This document shows positions 54,701-64,000 of a stretch of DNA of 64,000 bases, piece after piece. Numbering within the stretch: position 1 is the stretch's first letter; every line of letters starts with the position of its first letter. The stretch lies in sequence record NC_055721.1; one strand, 5' to 3'. The notes below the pieces were generated by a model. The model ran no database searches. It saw nothing but the letters and a program-made list of their open reading frames with translations, and was not told the origin of the DNA. The DNA comes from Escherichia phage EcS1. The translations under genes and the position numbers were made by a program.

Positions 54701-57700
54701 CTGTAAAAGCACCTATCGTTACCAGTTTACGAATTGATAAACTGTCTGCGAACCAGGTTCACATTCGTTGGGATGACGTTGGTGCTAATTTCTACTATTT
54801 TGTAGAACTTACTAATACACGAGATGGTCTTGGGGTCGTAATTGACCCCTCTCGTTATCAGTGGAGAGCACTAGGTTATACCGCGGACAATGACTGGTTT
54901 GAAGAAGCATACATCTATCCACTCTCATATTATAAAATGCGCGTAGGCGTAGCTGCTGCAGGCTTCGAACAATCTGAATGGGTTACAACTGAAGAATTCC
55001 AAACATTTGAGACAAATGCGTATACATTTGAGACTATGCGTGAATTAACTTTAGTTAATAAGTTTATTCAAGAAAAATTTACAAAAAACAATCAAGATTA
55101 TATTAATTTCAACAGAGATTCTATTGAAGCTTCTTTAATGAATGAGAGCTTCCAATTTAGTCCTTCTTTTGACGACTTATCTTCAGTTAAAAACTTTATT
55201 TTAAATGAAGATCAATATCATGAGGTCCAAGGTCCAATAGTCCATGTTTGTAATCCGGACACAGACCGAGTAATGTTAGCTGAGATGGATGATGTTCTTT
55301 ATTTGTTTGAGCGCTTCCAACCTATGGTTAAAGTGTCAAATGATAAAGGACAGAACTGGCAATATATCCAATTGTTTAATGACCGTGTAGGCAATCCTGT
55401 TTCACGTATTTGTCATTATCAATCTAAATCGACTACGTATGTTCTTGGATATGACCGTATATTTTATGGACGTCGTTCTAATGATATCAGATGGTCAGCT
55501 GATGATGTTAAATTCAGTTCACAAGATATAACCTTCGCTAAAATCGGTGACCAATTAAAACTTGGATTTGATGTTGAAATCTTTGGGACTTATTCTAGAC
55601 TCCCAGGTGAAGTCTCTCGTATCGCAGAGGCAATCGTATGTAATGATGACTATGTCTATGTGGTTGCTCGTGATAAAGTCCGCTATGCTAAGCTGAAGAA
55701 TGCTCCTATAGATGTTGACCCAGCTTCTCCTACCTTTGGTGAGAAATTATTTGAAACTGAAGTTTTGAATATCACAGGCAATCCTAAAGCTGTATGCTTT
55801 AAAATGGATTCAATTGGCGGTCGTATATTTGCTTTAATCACAGGTGAAGTTAAAGTAGAAAAACAAGACCCAACGAATCCTGAAAATGTCATTGATTCAG
55901 CATCTAAAGGCGTTTATGTTCTTGAAGGTTCTACATGGCGCAGAGTATTCGGTAACACTGATGAAGAACGACGTCGGATTGAGCATCAATATACTTCAAT
56001 GTCTACTGATGGTATCGAATTATTCTTTAGCTCAAGTAACTTCAAATATCTTGAAACTGTTAAAGACACTGCACTGCTTCTTGAATACCCAGAATTATCA
56101 GATGCAATAAAATACGTCCCAGTCGAAGAGTTCTTGCATGATAAGCATTATCATATGATGAGCTTCCGTTCAGGCGAAGATTCTAATTGGGAAACATTTA
56201 AACCAGGACGTATGAAGTATTATGCTGAGCCATTCTTTGCTTGGATGAAACGTTCTGGGAATCGCAATTGGATTACAACTGATGACCACTGTATGGTTGT
56301 TTATGCAGACCGTTTGTATACAACTGTAATTGATGAATATGGTTCAGGTTCTCCAGACCGTATTATGCATGAAACTTGGAACAAAGGTGAATGTATTGTC
56401 AATTCGCCTAACATTGAGTTCAGAGGTTTTAAAAAATATGCCGGTGGTGTTTTGATTCATAAAAACACCGGTGAGCTTATTGGATATTTTGAATTTGACT
56501 ATCGAGTTCGTGATGAAGCTCGTATCATTTGGAAACCAAAAGAAGTAATGCTTAAAGCATATCTTCAGAACCAGGTTCGTGAAGTTCCTTGGACTCCAGA
56601 AGTAAACGATGCAGAACGTGATCCTGATTTACGACCACTAATTAATAAAATGATGCCTGACACTTACTTACTTCAAGATACTAATTTTGAAAAGTTTAGT
56701 GAATACTATTTGCAATATATTTCAGATGGATATGGCACTCATTATAATAAATTGTTGAATCTTATCAAAGAGAAATATCCTAGAGAAGAACATGCTTGGG
56801 AATACCTTTGGTCTGAAGTGTATAAACGCAATATCTATTTGGATAAAGAAAAACGTGATACAGTAACTCGATTCTTTGAGGCTCGTAAAGCTGACTTCTT
56901 TAAAACAAAAGGTATTGAAGAATCATATAAGTTCTTATTCAAAGTTCTTTATAATGAAGATGTTGAAATTGATATTGAATCTAAGAACACAACTGAATAT
57001 GGTGTTATTGTCGAATCTGATAATATCAGTGAAGATTTAGCAGGAAGAACAGTTTATACGCCAACAGGTCGTTGTAATGTGACTTATATCGAACGAGTTT
57101 ATTCTGAAGGTAAGCTGCAATGGCGATTAACTATTCATAACCTTTTAGGACGTTTCTTAGTTGGTCAAACTATTAAATCTGAAAAGACTAATTTCACTGG
57201 GACTATTGTTCAAGGTGTAAGAGGTAAAGAACTTCTTTCTAACAATATCGATTATATTAATCGTAATCGTTCTTATTACGTTATGAAGATTAAGTCTAAC
57301 CTGCCTACATCACGTTATCGTAATGACGTGTTAAGATTCGTTCATCCAGTTGGCTTTGGCTTTATTGGTATAACTCTTTTAACCATGTTCATTAACGTTG
57401 GTCTTACATTAAAGCATTCGGAAACAATCATCAATATGCTCAAAACATATCGTTGGGATGCTGGTTTACCTAATGTCTGGCCTGATAGAATTGCCGTCCT
57501 TGATTCAAATGGTAATATTGAATTTGACTCAGTTACAGGTGAAGCTAAATATGATAACCACCCTAATTCAGGACAACCGTTCCCATTGCCTACAGATTAT
57601 AATTCTGAAAATGACGATAGTATATTTGGTGGACAAACTCCGGATGAACGCCGTAAAGAATTAAGTCCAACTATGGACCAATCTGCAGTGACGTTCTCTA

Positions 57701-57786
57701 AATTCCGTAATTTGGTTGATAAGAGACTTAAAGATAATATTGGACATCCTCGTGACCCAATTAATCCAACACAGGCTAAAGTATAA
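54697..57786 (+). CDS. 7: baseplate wedge initiator gp7
   Basis: 1029 aa; synteny and size. Confidence 0.8.
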   Translation: MTVKAPIVTSLRIDKLSANQVHIRWDDVGANFYYFVELTNTRDGLGVVIDPSRYQWRALGYTADNDWFEEAYIYPLSYYKMRVGVAAAGFEQSEWVTTEEFQTFETNAYTFETMRELTLVNKFIQEKFTKNNQDYINFNRDSIEASLMNESFQFSPSFDDLSSVKNFILNEDQYHEVQGPIVHVCNPDTDRVMLAEMDDVLYLFERFQPMVKVSNDKGQNWQYIQLFNDRVGNPVSRICHYQSKSTTYVLGYDRIFYGRRSNDIRWSADDVKFSSQDITFAKIGDQLKLGFDVEIFGTYSRLPGEVSRIAEAIVCNDDYVYVVARDKVRYAKLKNAPIDVDPASPTFGEKLFETEVLNITGNPKAVCFKMDSIGGRIFALITGEVKVEKQDPTNPENVIDSASKGVYVLEGSTWRRVFGNTDEERRRIEHQYTSMSTDGIELFFSSSNFKYLETVKDTALLLEYPELSDAIKYVPVEEFLHDKHYHMMSFRSGEDSNWETFKPGRMKYYAEPFFAWMKRSGNRNWITTDDHCMVVYADRLYTTVIDEYGSGSPDRIMHETWNKGECIVNSPNIEFRGFKKYAGGVLIHKNTGELIGYFEFDYRVRDEARIIWKPKEVMLKAYLQNQVREVPWTPEVNDAERDPDLRPLINKMMPDTYLLQDTNFEKFSEYYLQYISDGYGTHYNKLLNLIKEKYPREEHAWEYLWSEVYKRNIYLDKEKRDTVTRFFEARKADFFKTKGIEESYKFLFKVLYNEDVEIDIESKNTTEYGVIVESDNISEDLAGRTVYTPTGRCNVTYIERVYSEGKLQWRLTIHNLLGRFLVGQTIKSEKTNFTGTIVQGVRGKELLSNNIDYINRNRSYYVMKIKSNLPTSRYRNDVLRFVHPVGFGFIGITLLTMFINVGLTLKHSETIINMLKTYRWDAGLPNVWPDRIAVLDSNGNIEFDSVTGEAKYDNHPNSGQPFPLPTDYNSENDDSIFGGQTPDERRKELSPTMDQSAVTFSKFRNLVDKRLKDNIGHPRDPINPTQAKV

Positions 57787-58790
57787 TGTTAAATTCAAGC
57801 GTAATTTATCGTGCAATTGTTACTTCAAAGTTTCGTACTGAGAAATTGCACACGTTTTACCAAAACGTAGGTGATGGTAAAACACAAAATACCTTGTTTA
57901 TTACATTTGGTCGTTCTGAGCCTTGGGCTGCAAACGAAACGGAGGCGGGCTTCGCCCCGCCTTATCCAAATGATAGTGAAGAAGGCGTAGTAGATATGTG
58001 GACTCATATGATGGGTTCAGTTAAAGTAATGCCATCAATGTTAGATGCTGTTACTCCGCGTAAAGACTGGGGTGATATTCGTTTTCCAAACCCAAGAAAC
58101 TTCCAAATTGGTGAAATAATTGTATCTAATACTGCTCCATATAACAAAACAGATGTAGGCGCAGGTTGGATGGTTTATCGTTGTGTCGATATTCCTGAAG
58201 ACGGAACTTGTTCTGTTGCTTCCATTACCAATAAGTCTGAATGTATTAAATTAGGCGGAACTTGGACTGCTAACCATGAATCAGCATTCCCACCTCGTGG
58301 TCGTGGCGATACAGAGGGAATGGTAGATTTAGGTGATGGATATCTATGGGAATATCTTTATGAGATCCCTGCCGACGTCTCTATTAACCGTTGCACTAAC
58401 GAATACATTGTTGTGCCATGGCCAGACGAAGTAGCTGCTGATCCTGAACGTTGGGGCTACAATAACAACTTGACTTGGCAACATAATGATTATGGAATCA
58501 TTTATCGAGTTAAGGCTAATACTATTCGATTCAAAGCTTATTTGGATTCGGTGTATTTCCCAGAAGCTTCTTTACCAGGTAATAAAGGTTTCCGTCAGAT
58601 TTCTTTAATCATAAATCCATTAGAGAAAAAAGTTCATCCAAGTGACCCTAATGTTAAAGCAGTTAAAGACTATTATAATGTAGTCGATATGGAACGTCAT
58701 TCAGGTGAAATGGTGTATATGGAAAACCGTCCTCCAATTGTTCGTTCAATGGACCAAACAGAAGAAATCAATTTGATCTTCGAATTCTAA
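57786..58790 (+). CDS. 8: baseplate wedge protein gp8
   Basis: 334 aa; N-terminal blocks match T4 gp8 as recalled (SSVIYRAIVTSKFRTEK, FITFGRSEPW, GFAPPYP, DMWTHMMG). Confidence 0.85.
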   Translation: MLNSSVIYRAIVTSKFRTEKLHTFYQNVGDGKTQNTLFITFGRSEPWAANETEAGFAPPYPNDSEEGVVDMWTHMMGSVKVMPSMLDAVTPRKDWGDIRFPNPRNFQIGEIIVSNTAPYNKTDVGAGWMVYRCVDIPEDGTCSVASITNKSECIKLGGTWTANHESAFPPRGRGDTEGMVDLGDGYLWEYLYEIPADVSINRCTNEYIVVPWPDEVAADPERWGYNNNLTWQHNDYGIIYRVKANTIRFKAYLDSVYFPEASLPGNKGFRQISLIINPLEKKVHPSDPNVKAVKDYYNVVDMERHSGEMVYMENRPPIVRSMDQTEEINLIFEF

Positions 58791-58794
58791 TAAA

Positions 58795-58816
58795 GGGCCG
58801 AAAGGCCCTTTCGGGG
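58795..58816 (+). terminator. hairpin after gp8
   Basis: AAAGGGCC-GAAA-GGCCCTTT stem immediately after gp8 stop; no clear T-run. Confidence 0.4.
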
Positions 58817-58817
58817 C

Positions 58818-58825
58818 TATAAATA
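58818..58825 (+). promoter_or_regulatory. T4-type late promoter TATAAATA (for gp9)
   Basis: exact TATAAATA 28 nt upstream of the gp9 ATG. Confidence 0.65.
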
Positions 58826-58852
58826 TAACTATAACTTATATGAGGCTAAATT

Positions 58853-59722
58853 ATGGTCGTTCAAACTCCAAAACAAATAGTAGACACCGGTGAAATCGGT
58901 AACGCCTCGACTGGCGACATTTTATTTGACGGTGGTAAAAAACTAAACGATAACTTCAATGCTGTGTATAACACCTTTGGAGACCAACGTCTTTTTGCTG
59001 GTAATGAAGGCGAAGCAACACAAGTTCTTCATGCTACTGGCTATTATCAAAAAGCTGTGAGTCCTAGTGAATTCGCAGTAGAATTACCACTTGGCTCTCA
59101 ACACGATATTGATAGCACAACTGGTCCTATAGTTGTTCGACTTAAAAAGGGTAAACTTGGCGAAGGCTATGTATTCATTAACTCTAACGGAACACTTAGT
59201 CAAGATAATCCATTAATCATTCAACCTAATGGTTCATTCGTTAATTTAGGTGGTGATGGTAATCTTCGAGTAACGTCTCCTCATTCTCGAGTACTAGTTT
59301 GGTGTATATCTGATGTAGGTGGCGTATCGCGCTGGGATTATTCTATTGAATCAATGTTTGGCCAGAAATATATTCCACTCGACAGAACTTACTCATTAAA
59401 TAATACTATTAAAGAGATTCGTATTTCATATCGTGACGAATTCCACACAATGAAACTTCTTTTGACTGCTGCAACAACGGATGACTCTAAAGTTAAAACT
59501 TCTGAAGTTATGGTTTCAGCTGATTGGAAGAACAAAAAAGTATATTCTACAGAGTATGCTGTTGTTCGTCGTGGCAATCTTAATGAAGAAGATGAAATAT
59601 ATGATCTTGACTTCAAATATGATAGTGATGGGTATTTGATTGCGGCTGCGCGCTCAGATAATAACAACTTACGCTTTGCTATTAAAGTAATTGCGACTCA
59701 GAAGATTGGGGTATCAGTATAA
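58853..59722 (+). CDS. 9: baseplate protein gp9 (long tail fibre socket)
   Basis: 289 aa; synteny and size. Confidence 0.75.
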   Translation: MVVQTPKQIVDTGEIGNASTGDILFDGGKKLNDNFNAVYNTFGDQRLFAGNEGEATQVLHATGYYQKAVSPSEFAVELPLGSQHDIDSTTGPIVVRLKKGKLGEGYVFINSNGTLSQDNPLIIQPNGSFVNLGGDGNLRVTSPHSRVLVWCISDVGGVSRWDYSIESMFGQKYIPLDRTYSLNNTIKEIRISYRDEFHTMKLLLTAATTDDSKVKTSEVMVSADWKNKKVYSTEYAVVRRGNLNEEDEIYDLDFKYDSDGYLIAAARSDNNNLRFAIKVIATQKIGVSV

Positions 59723-61548
59723 TGAAACAAAATTTAAAAATAGGTAATGTCGTTGATGATGGTACTGGCGACTATCTTCGTGCTGGTGGTTTAAAATTAA
59801 ATTCCAACTTTGACGAACTTTACTATCAATTAGGCGATGGCGATGTACCACATGCTGCTGGTGCCTGGAAAACTCATAAAACCTCAGATGGTGCTGATGT
59901 TGCTGCAGATTTTGGTAAATCCTACACATTAGATACAACTGCCGGTCGTATTAACTTTAAATTGCCTAAAGGCTCAATTACCGATTATAATAAAGTAATT
60001 CGTGTACGTGATGTATTCAATACTTGGCAACGTCAACCGGTTTCTTTGATTCCAGCTACAGGTGATACCATTAAAGGTGCTGCTACACCTAAAGAAATTG
60101 CTCGTAATTTAGCTGACCTTGAATTAGTTTATTGCGCACCAGGCCGTTGGGAATATATCGACAATAAACAAGTCGACAAAATTTCTAATAACGATTTAGC
60201 TACTGTTGTTCGTGAAGACTTTGTTGCTACTGAAGGTCAAACTGACTTCTTAGATGTCTTCTCTGGGTATGATTATAATATCGCAAGTCTTCAAGTTTAT
60301 CATCGTGGTAACTTGCTGTTTTATGCTGAAAAAGGCAAAGACTTCGATAAATCAATTGCTGAATTTGGTTCTCCTGATACTAACCCAGCTGATATCAAAG
60401 CCTTAGATGGAAGAAATATCCGTATTAAAATGGCTTGTAAAGCAGGTGATACTGTTACAGTTGTGTCATTTATGGATGGTATTAGCCAATGGCGTTCATC
60501 TTATAATCGTCGTGAAGTTCGTATTTTAGATAAAAACTTTACTCAAAAAACTACTATTAATGGTTCAATTGTTGTTGCTGATTTAGCTACTAAAACAAGT
60601 ATCACTGTTGCCGAATTAGGTATTGATACTTCATCACCAATAAATCCAAGATCGCTTCAAGTTTATTTGAATAGTACTTTGTTATATGAAGCTGGCACTG
60701 CTGGTTTACCTACATTTATTTGTGAAGGCTATGATCATATAACTGATAGTGCATCGTGTGCAACAGTAAATGGTAATTGGAAAGAATCTTATACTGATTA
60801 TTTGTTTACCACAGATGATGCTACAGGTATTATTGAAGAATTTAAATTCGATAGAAAATTCGAAGATAATGACGTTCTTTCAATTGTTTGGTATAATAAT
60901 GATATTGGAACTACATTAGATATTGATGATATCACTGATGTGACAAATGAAATGTATGTTGCAATTGGTAGCACACTTAGTATCACCGGTGCTGTTAATA
61001 TTACAGATTTTGATCACCCAGGTTGGCCTAACGTAGAACCAGCAGCGGCATCCGAAACAAAACCTTCTTCTGTTGGCTCTATTTTTGAATTAGTTTATCC
61101 AATTGGAACAATTTACGAAAATGCAGTGAACCCAAACAACCCTGCTACATATATGGGATTTGGTCAATGGAAACGTTGGGGTGAAGGTAAGTTTTTAGCT
61201 GGTTGGTCATCTGATTCAAGCAATGCAGCATTTGGCTTAAATAACAATGACATTAATGCTTCTGGTGACCCTTCTCATACAGCAGGTGGTACCCACGGTG
61301 TTGAAAGCATTTATATTAAAGATGTTAACGTTCCTAAGCTTAAAACTGACGACAAAGTTTTAGTATCTGACGCTAATGGAAACATTGTTATTGGTGGGTG
61401 TCAATTTGACCCAGATGACAACGGTCCTGCTTATACTAAATATCGTGAAGATAATGCGACAATTAATAAGCAATTTGACCCAGATGCTCAAGCCGTTGCC
61501 ACTATGCCGCCATATATCACCGTTTATCGCTGGTTAAGGATTTCATAA
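59722..61548 (+). CDS. 10: baseplate wedge protein gp10
   Basis: 608 aa; synteny and size. Confidence 0.75.
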   Translation: MKQNLKIGNVVDDGTGDYLRAGGLKLNSNFDELYYQLGDGDVPHAAGAWKTHKTSDGADVAADFGKSYTLDTTAGRINFKLPKGSITDYNKVIRVRDVFNTWQRQPVSLIPATGDTIKGAATPKEIARNLADLELVYCAPGRWEYIDNKQVDKISNNDLATVVREDFVATEGQTDFLDVFSGYDYNIASLQVYHRGNLLFYAEKGKDFDKSIAEFGSPDTNPADIKALDGRNIRIKMACKAGDTVTVVSFMDGISQWRSSYNRREVRILDKNFTQKTTINGSIVVADLATKTSITVAELGIDTSSPINPRSLQVYLNSTLLYEAGTAGLPTFICEGYDHITDSASCATVNGNWKESYTDYLFTTDDATGIIEEFKFDRKFEDNDVLSIVWYNNDIGTTLDIDDITDVTNEMYVAIGSTLSITGAVNITDFDHPGWPNVEPAAASETKPSSVGSIFELVYPIGTIYENAVNPNNPATYMGFGQWKRWGEGKFLAGWSSDSSNAAFGLNNNDINASGDPSHTAGGTHGVESIYIKDVNVPKLKTDDKVLVSDANGNIVIGGCQFDPDDNGPAYTKYREDNATINKQFDPDAQAVATMPPYITVYRWLRIS

Positions 61549-62231
61549 TGATTAAAAGTAAAATTATTACCAAAGCGGGAGTTTACTCTCGTGATGCAGA
61601 CCATATTGAATTTAGACAAGACTTAACAAAACCTGCCGTAGTGGCAGGTAACAACAAATTTGGCGATGTGACTGTATCCCAATTGAGTTCTGGATTTGAC
61701 TTCCCAACAGTTCAAAGCGCGATTAATGACCTTCAATATCGTTGTGAAGTCCCAGTTAATGGTGTTGTAATGAATACAAGTGGTGTTATTCCAACATTCT
61801 TACAACAAAATGACCAATGGAAAATTACAGGTGAAATCAAACCAACTGCATCTTCATCTACAACTGGCGATGCTGTAATGATTTATTTCCTTGGGTTCCC
61901 AGTGATGGTATCTGTTGGTGACCAACCTGTAAAAATAGCATCAGAAATTCAAAAAGTATTGAATGAAGCTTCTATTAATTTAAAGGCTATTTCAACTGCT
62001 GCTATTGATGCTACAGATACGACTATCATTAATGTTAAATACTTAGATTACCAACATCATGTATTTGAGCCATTAGAATTACAAGGTGCGTTGGCTACCC
62101 AAACCACAGTCGTTTTACCACAAGCTGGATATGGCACATGGGAACAAATGGGTACTCAATCAGTAACTTTAGCAGGTGGTTCAGCTAATGGTACTCCATT
62201 CACTATGTATTATTTTAAGAGAACAGCATAA
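61548..62231 (+). CDS. 11: baseplate protein gp11 (short tail fibre attachment)
   Basis: 227 aa; synteny and size. Confidence 0.7.
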   Translation: MIKSKIITKAGVYSRDADHIEFRQDLTKPAVVAGNNKFGDVTVSQLSSGFDFPTVQSAINDLQYRCEVPVNGVVMNTSGVIPTFLQQNDQWKITGEIKPTASSSTTGDAVMIYFLGFPVMVSVGDQPVKIASEIQKVLNEASINLKAISTAAIDATDTTIINVKYLDYQHHVFEPLELQGALATQTTVVLPQAGYGTWEQMGTQSVTLAGGSANGTPFTMYYFKRTA

Positions 62232-63775
62232 TGGCTACTAATACTATTGCTCACATCAGTGATGATTCAAGATATAAAACATTTGACCCAGCGGGAACTA
62301 GTTTCCCTGGAAATATCACTAATGTTCAGGCAGCTTTGGCTGCCTTAAAACCTATTGCAGTTGATGGCATTCCTGATGCAACAACAACTGTAAAGGGTAT
62401 TATTCGTATTTCGACTCAACAAGAAGTAACAGATGGCGTTGATACAACATCAGCTGTTACTCCTGCTACTTTAGCTGTTCGACTTCAACACCCACAAGCA
62501 ACTGAAACTGTTTTAGGGATAACTCGTTATTCTACTTTAGCTGAAACAAAAGCCGGAACTATTTCTAATGCTGCTGTTGTTCCTTCAACATTAAAAGGAA
62601 CATTAGATGAAGCTTTCACTGTAAGAACTTCTTCTGAAACTGTTTTAGGTGTTATTAAGCTTTCAACCACTCCGGCTGCTTTAGCTGGTGTTGATGATAC
62701 TACCGCTATGACCCCTCTAAAGACCACTCAGGCTATTAATGCAGCTACTGCTAAGATACCATCACCTGCAGTAGGTAATGAAACAGTGACTGGCTTGCTA
62801 CGTTTAGCGACGGCAGCAGAAACTCGTGCAGGAACATTCCGTGATGGCGTGGCTGTTTCACCATTTGGATTAATGTCCTTACGCTCATCTGCTACAGAAT
62901 TTGGTATTGTTAAAGGAACATCTCAAGCTGAAGTTGCTGCAGGTGCAATTACTAACCAATACGTTTCGCCACAGTCTTTGTTAGGATTAACAGGTAATAC
63001 TGGACGTCTTGGGTTAGTTAAATTAACAACTACCGCTGGTGCCGGTGATGCAAATACCGCTTTAGCCTTTAATGCTGATGTTGTTCATTTACGTGGTGGA
63101 CAAACAATTAACGGTTCATTGGTTGTTGGTGGTAATTTTAATACAAACCGTATTGATATGACTTCAGGTTTTATTAATGGTCAACAAATCATGACTACCA
63201 ATATGATTACGGATGACGTTCCAGTTGGTTGTATTATGATGTGGCCTACAGATAATTTGCCTAATGGTAAGTGGCGCTTCTGTCATGGTGGAACATTGCC
63301 AAGTGCTAGTTTCCCTACTTATTATAATACTGTAGGAACTACGTATGGTGGTGATGGCGGAAATGCTGGTATACCTGATATGCGAGGACTTTTTGTTCGT
63401 GGTACAGGTCGAAGTGCTATGATGGCTGCATTTGACGGTAATGATTCTAAAGGTAAACAAGGTTTAGGTTATGGATGTTCAGGTGCAGGTATTGGACAAG
63501 TCCAGGCACAACAAAACCGTGTTCATAAACATGAATCTGGATGGGGTGAACATTATCAACGTGGTGAAGCTCGTAATGGGTGTTCGGTTTATAGCGGTCA
63601 ATTAGGTTCCAACAAAACTGACTGGGACAACTACAAATATTTTACCAATGATGGACAAGAAGTAGAAGCTGCTAATGTTCGAGACTCATGGGGTACGATG
63701 AATACTGAAAATCTTATGGGTTGGGAAAACCGTCCTTGGAATATATCAATGAACTATATTATCAAAGTAGCATAA
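62231..63775 (+). CDS. 12: short tail fibre protein gp12
   Basis: 514 aa; repetitive N-terminal segments (VxGxIRxST...), Gly-rich C-terminal domain. Confidence 0.75.
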   Translation: MATNTIAHISDDSRYKTFDPAGTSFPGNITNVQAALAALKPIAVDGIPDATTTVKGIIRISTQQEVTDGVDTTSAVTPATLAVRLQHPQATETVLGITRYSTLAETKAGTISNAAVVPSTLKGTLDEAFTVRTSSETVLGVIKLSTTPAALAGVDDTTAMTPLKTTQAINAATAKIPSPAVGNETVTGLLRLATAAETRAGTFRDGVAVSPFGLMSLRSSATEFGIVKGTSQAEVAAGAITNQYVSPQSLLGLTGNTGRLGLVKLTTTAGAGDANTALAFNADVVHLRGGQTINGSLVVGGNFNTNRIDMTSGFINGQQIMTTNMITDDVPVGCIMMWPTDNLPNGKWRFCHGGTLPSASFPTYYNTVGTTYGGDGGNAGIPDMRGLFVRGTGRSAMMAAFDGNDSKGKQGLGYGCSGAGIGQVQAQQNRVHKHESGWGEHYQRGEARNGCSVYSGQLGSNKTDWDNYKYFTNDGQEVEAANVRDSWGTMNTENLMGWENRPWNISMNYIIKVA

Positions 63776-63784
63776 GGAAAATAA

Positions 63785-64000
63785 ATGATTAACGATCTGG
63801 TACTAAAAGACATTCCTTTTGTTGATGGGCTCCCAGATGATGGTCAGCAGCGTATCCGTTGGATACGCACTGGCGATTGTTTAAGTGCCGCTGAAACAAA
63901 AAATGGCAATGAAGGTTTTCTTAATACAGCAGGAGTAGAGATTCAAAAGAACGTAGTTCTTCTGGATGAGAATGCTGAAACTACTAAAGCCACTGTTAAT
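63785..64000 (+). CDS. wac: fibritin (wac), N-terminal fragment truncated by window end
   Basis: ATG at 63785; MINDLVLKDIPFVDGLPDDGQQRIRWI parallels the remembered T4 Wac N-terminus. Confidence 0.7.
   Translation, partial: MINDLVLKDIPFVDGLPDDGQQRIRWIRTGDCLSAAETKNGNEGFLNTAGVEIQKNVVLLDENAETTKATVN

Overview
This window reads as a contiguous segment of a T4-like (Tevenvirinae-type) myovirus genome, AT-rich and almost entirely coding. All calls rest on reading the supplied ORF translations and the nucleotide sequence by eye against remembered T4 proteins and motifs; no search or RNA-folding tool was run. Positions 1-49600 are a minus-strand array of early/middle genes in T4 order: gp46/gp47 recombination nuclease, gp55 late sigma factor, nrdH-like glutaredoxin, nrdG, nrdD, gp49 endonuclease VII, nrdC, thymidine kinase, regB, denV, lysozyme e, nudE, tRNA clusters, ipI-like, 57B, 57A, gp1, gp3, gp2, gp4. 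From 49635 the plus strand carries the late baseplate/tail module gp53, gp5, gp5.4, gp6-gp12 and the start of wac. Between the conserved anchors sit many small accessory ORFs of unknown function. The most notable content is: (1) about 18 tRNA genes in three places (T4 has 8), including a class-II tRNA with a Cys GCA anticodon, an initiator-like tRNA-Met and several tRNA-like elements; (2) two ADP-ribose-processing candidates, a NADAR/YbiA-like protein and a macro-domain protein, plus a Pol-beta-type nucleotidyltransferase and a P-loop ATPase, all plausible counter-defence candidates; (3) three genes with T4-type capsid targeting sequences (injected internal proteins); (4) a perfect 126-bp in-frame tandem duplication; (5) a promoter-like element repeated four times. 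No single multi-gene system could be pinned down with certainty; the findings are ranked candidates.
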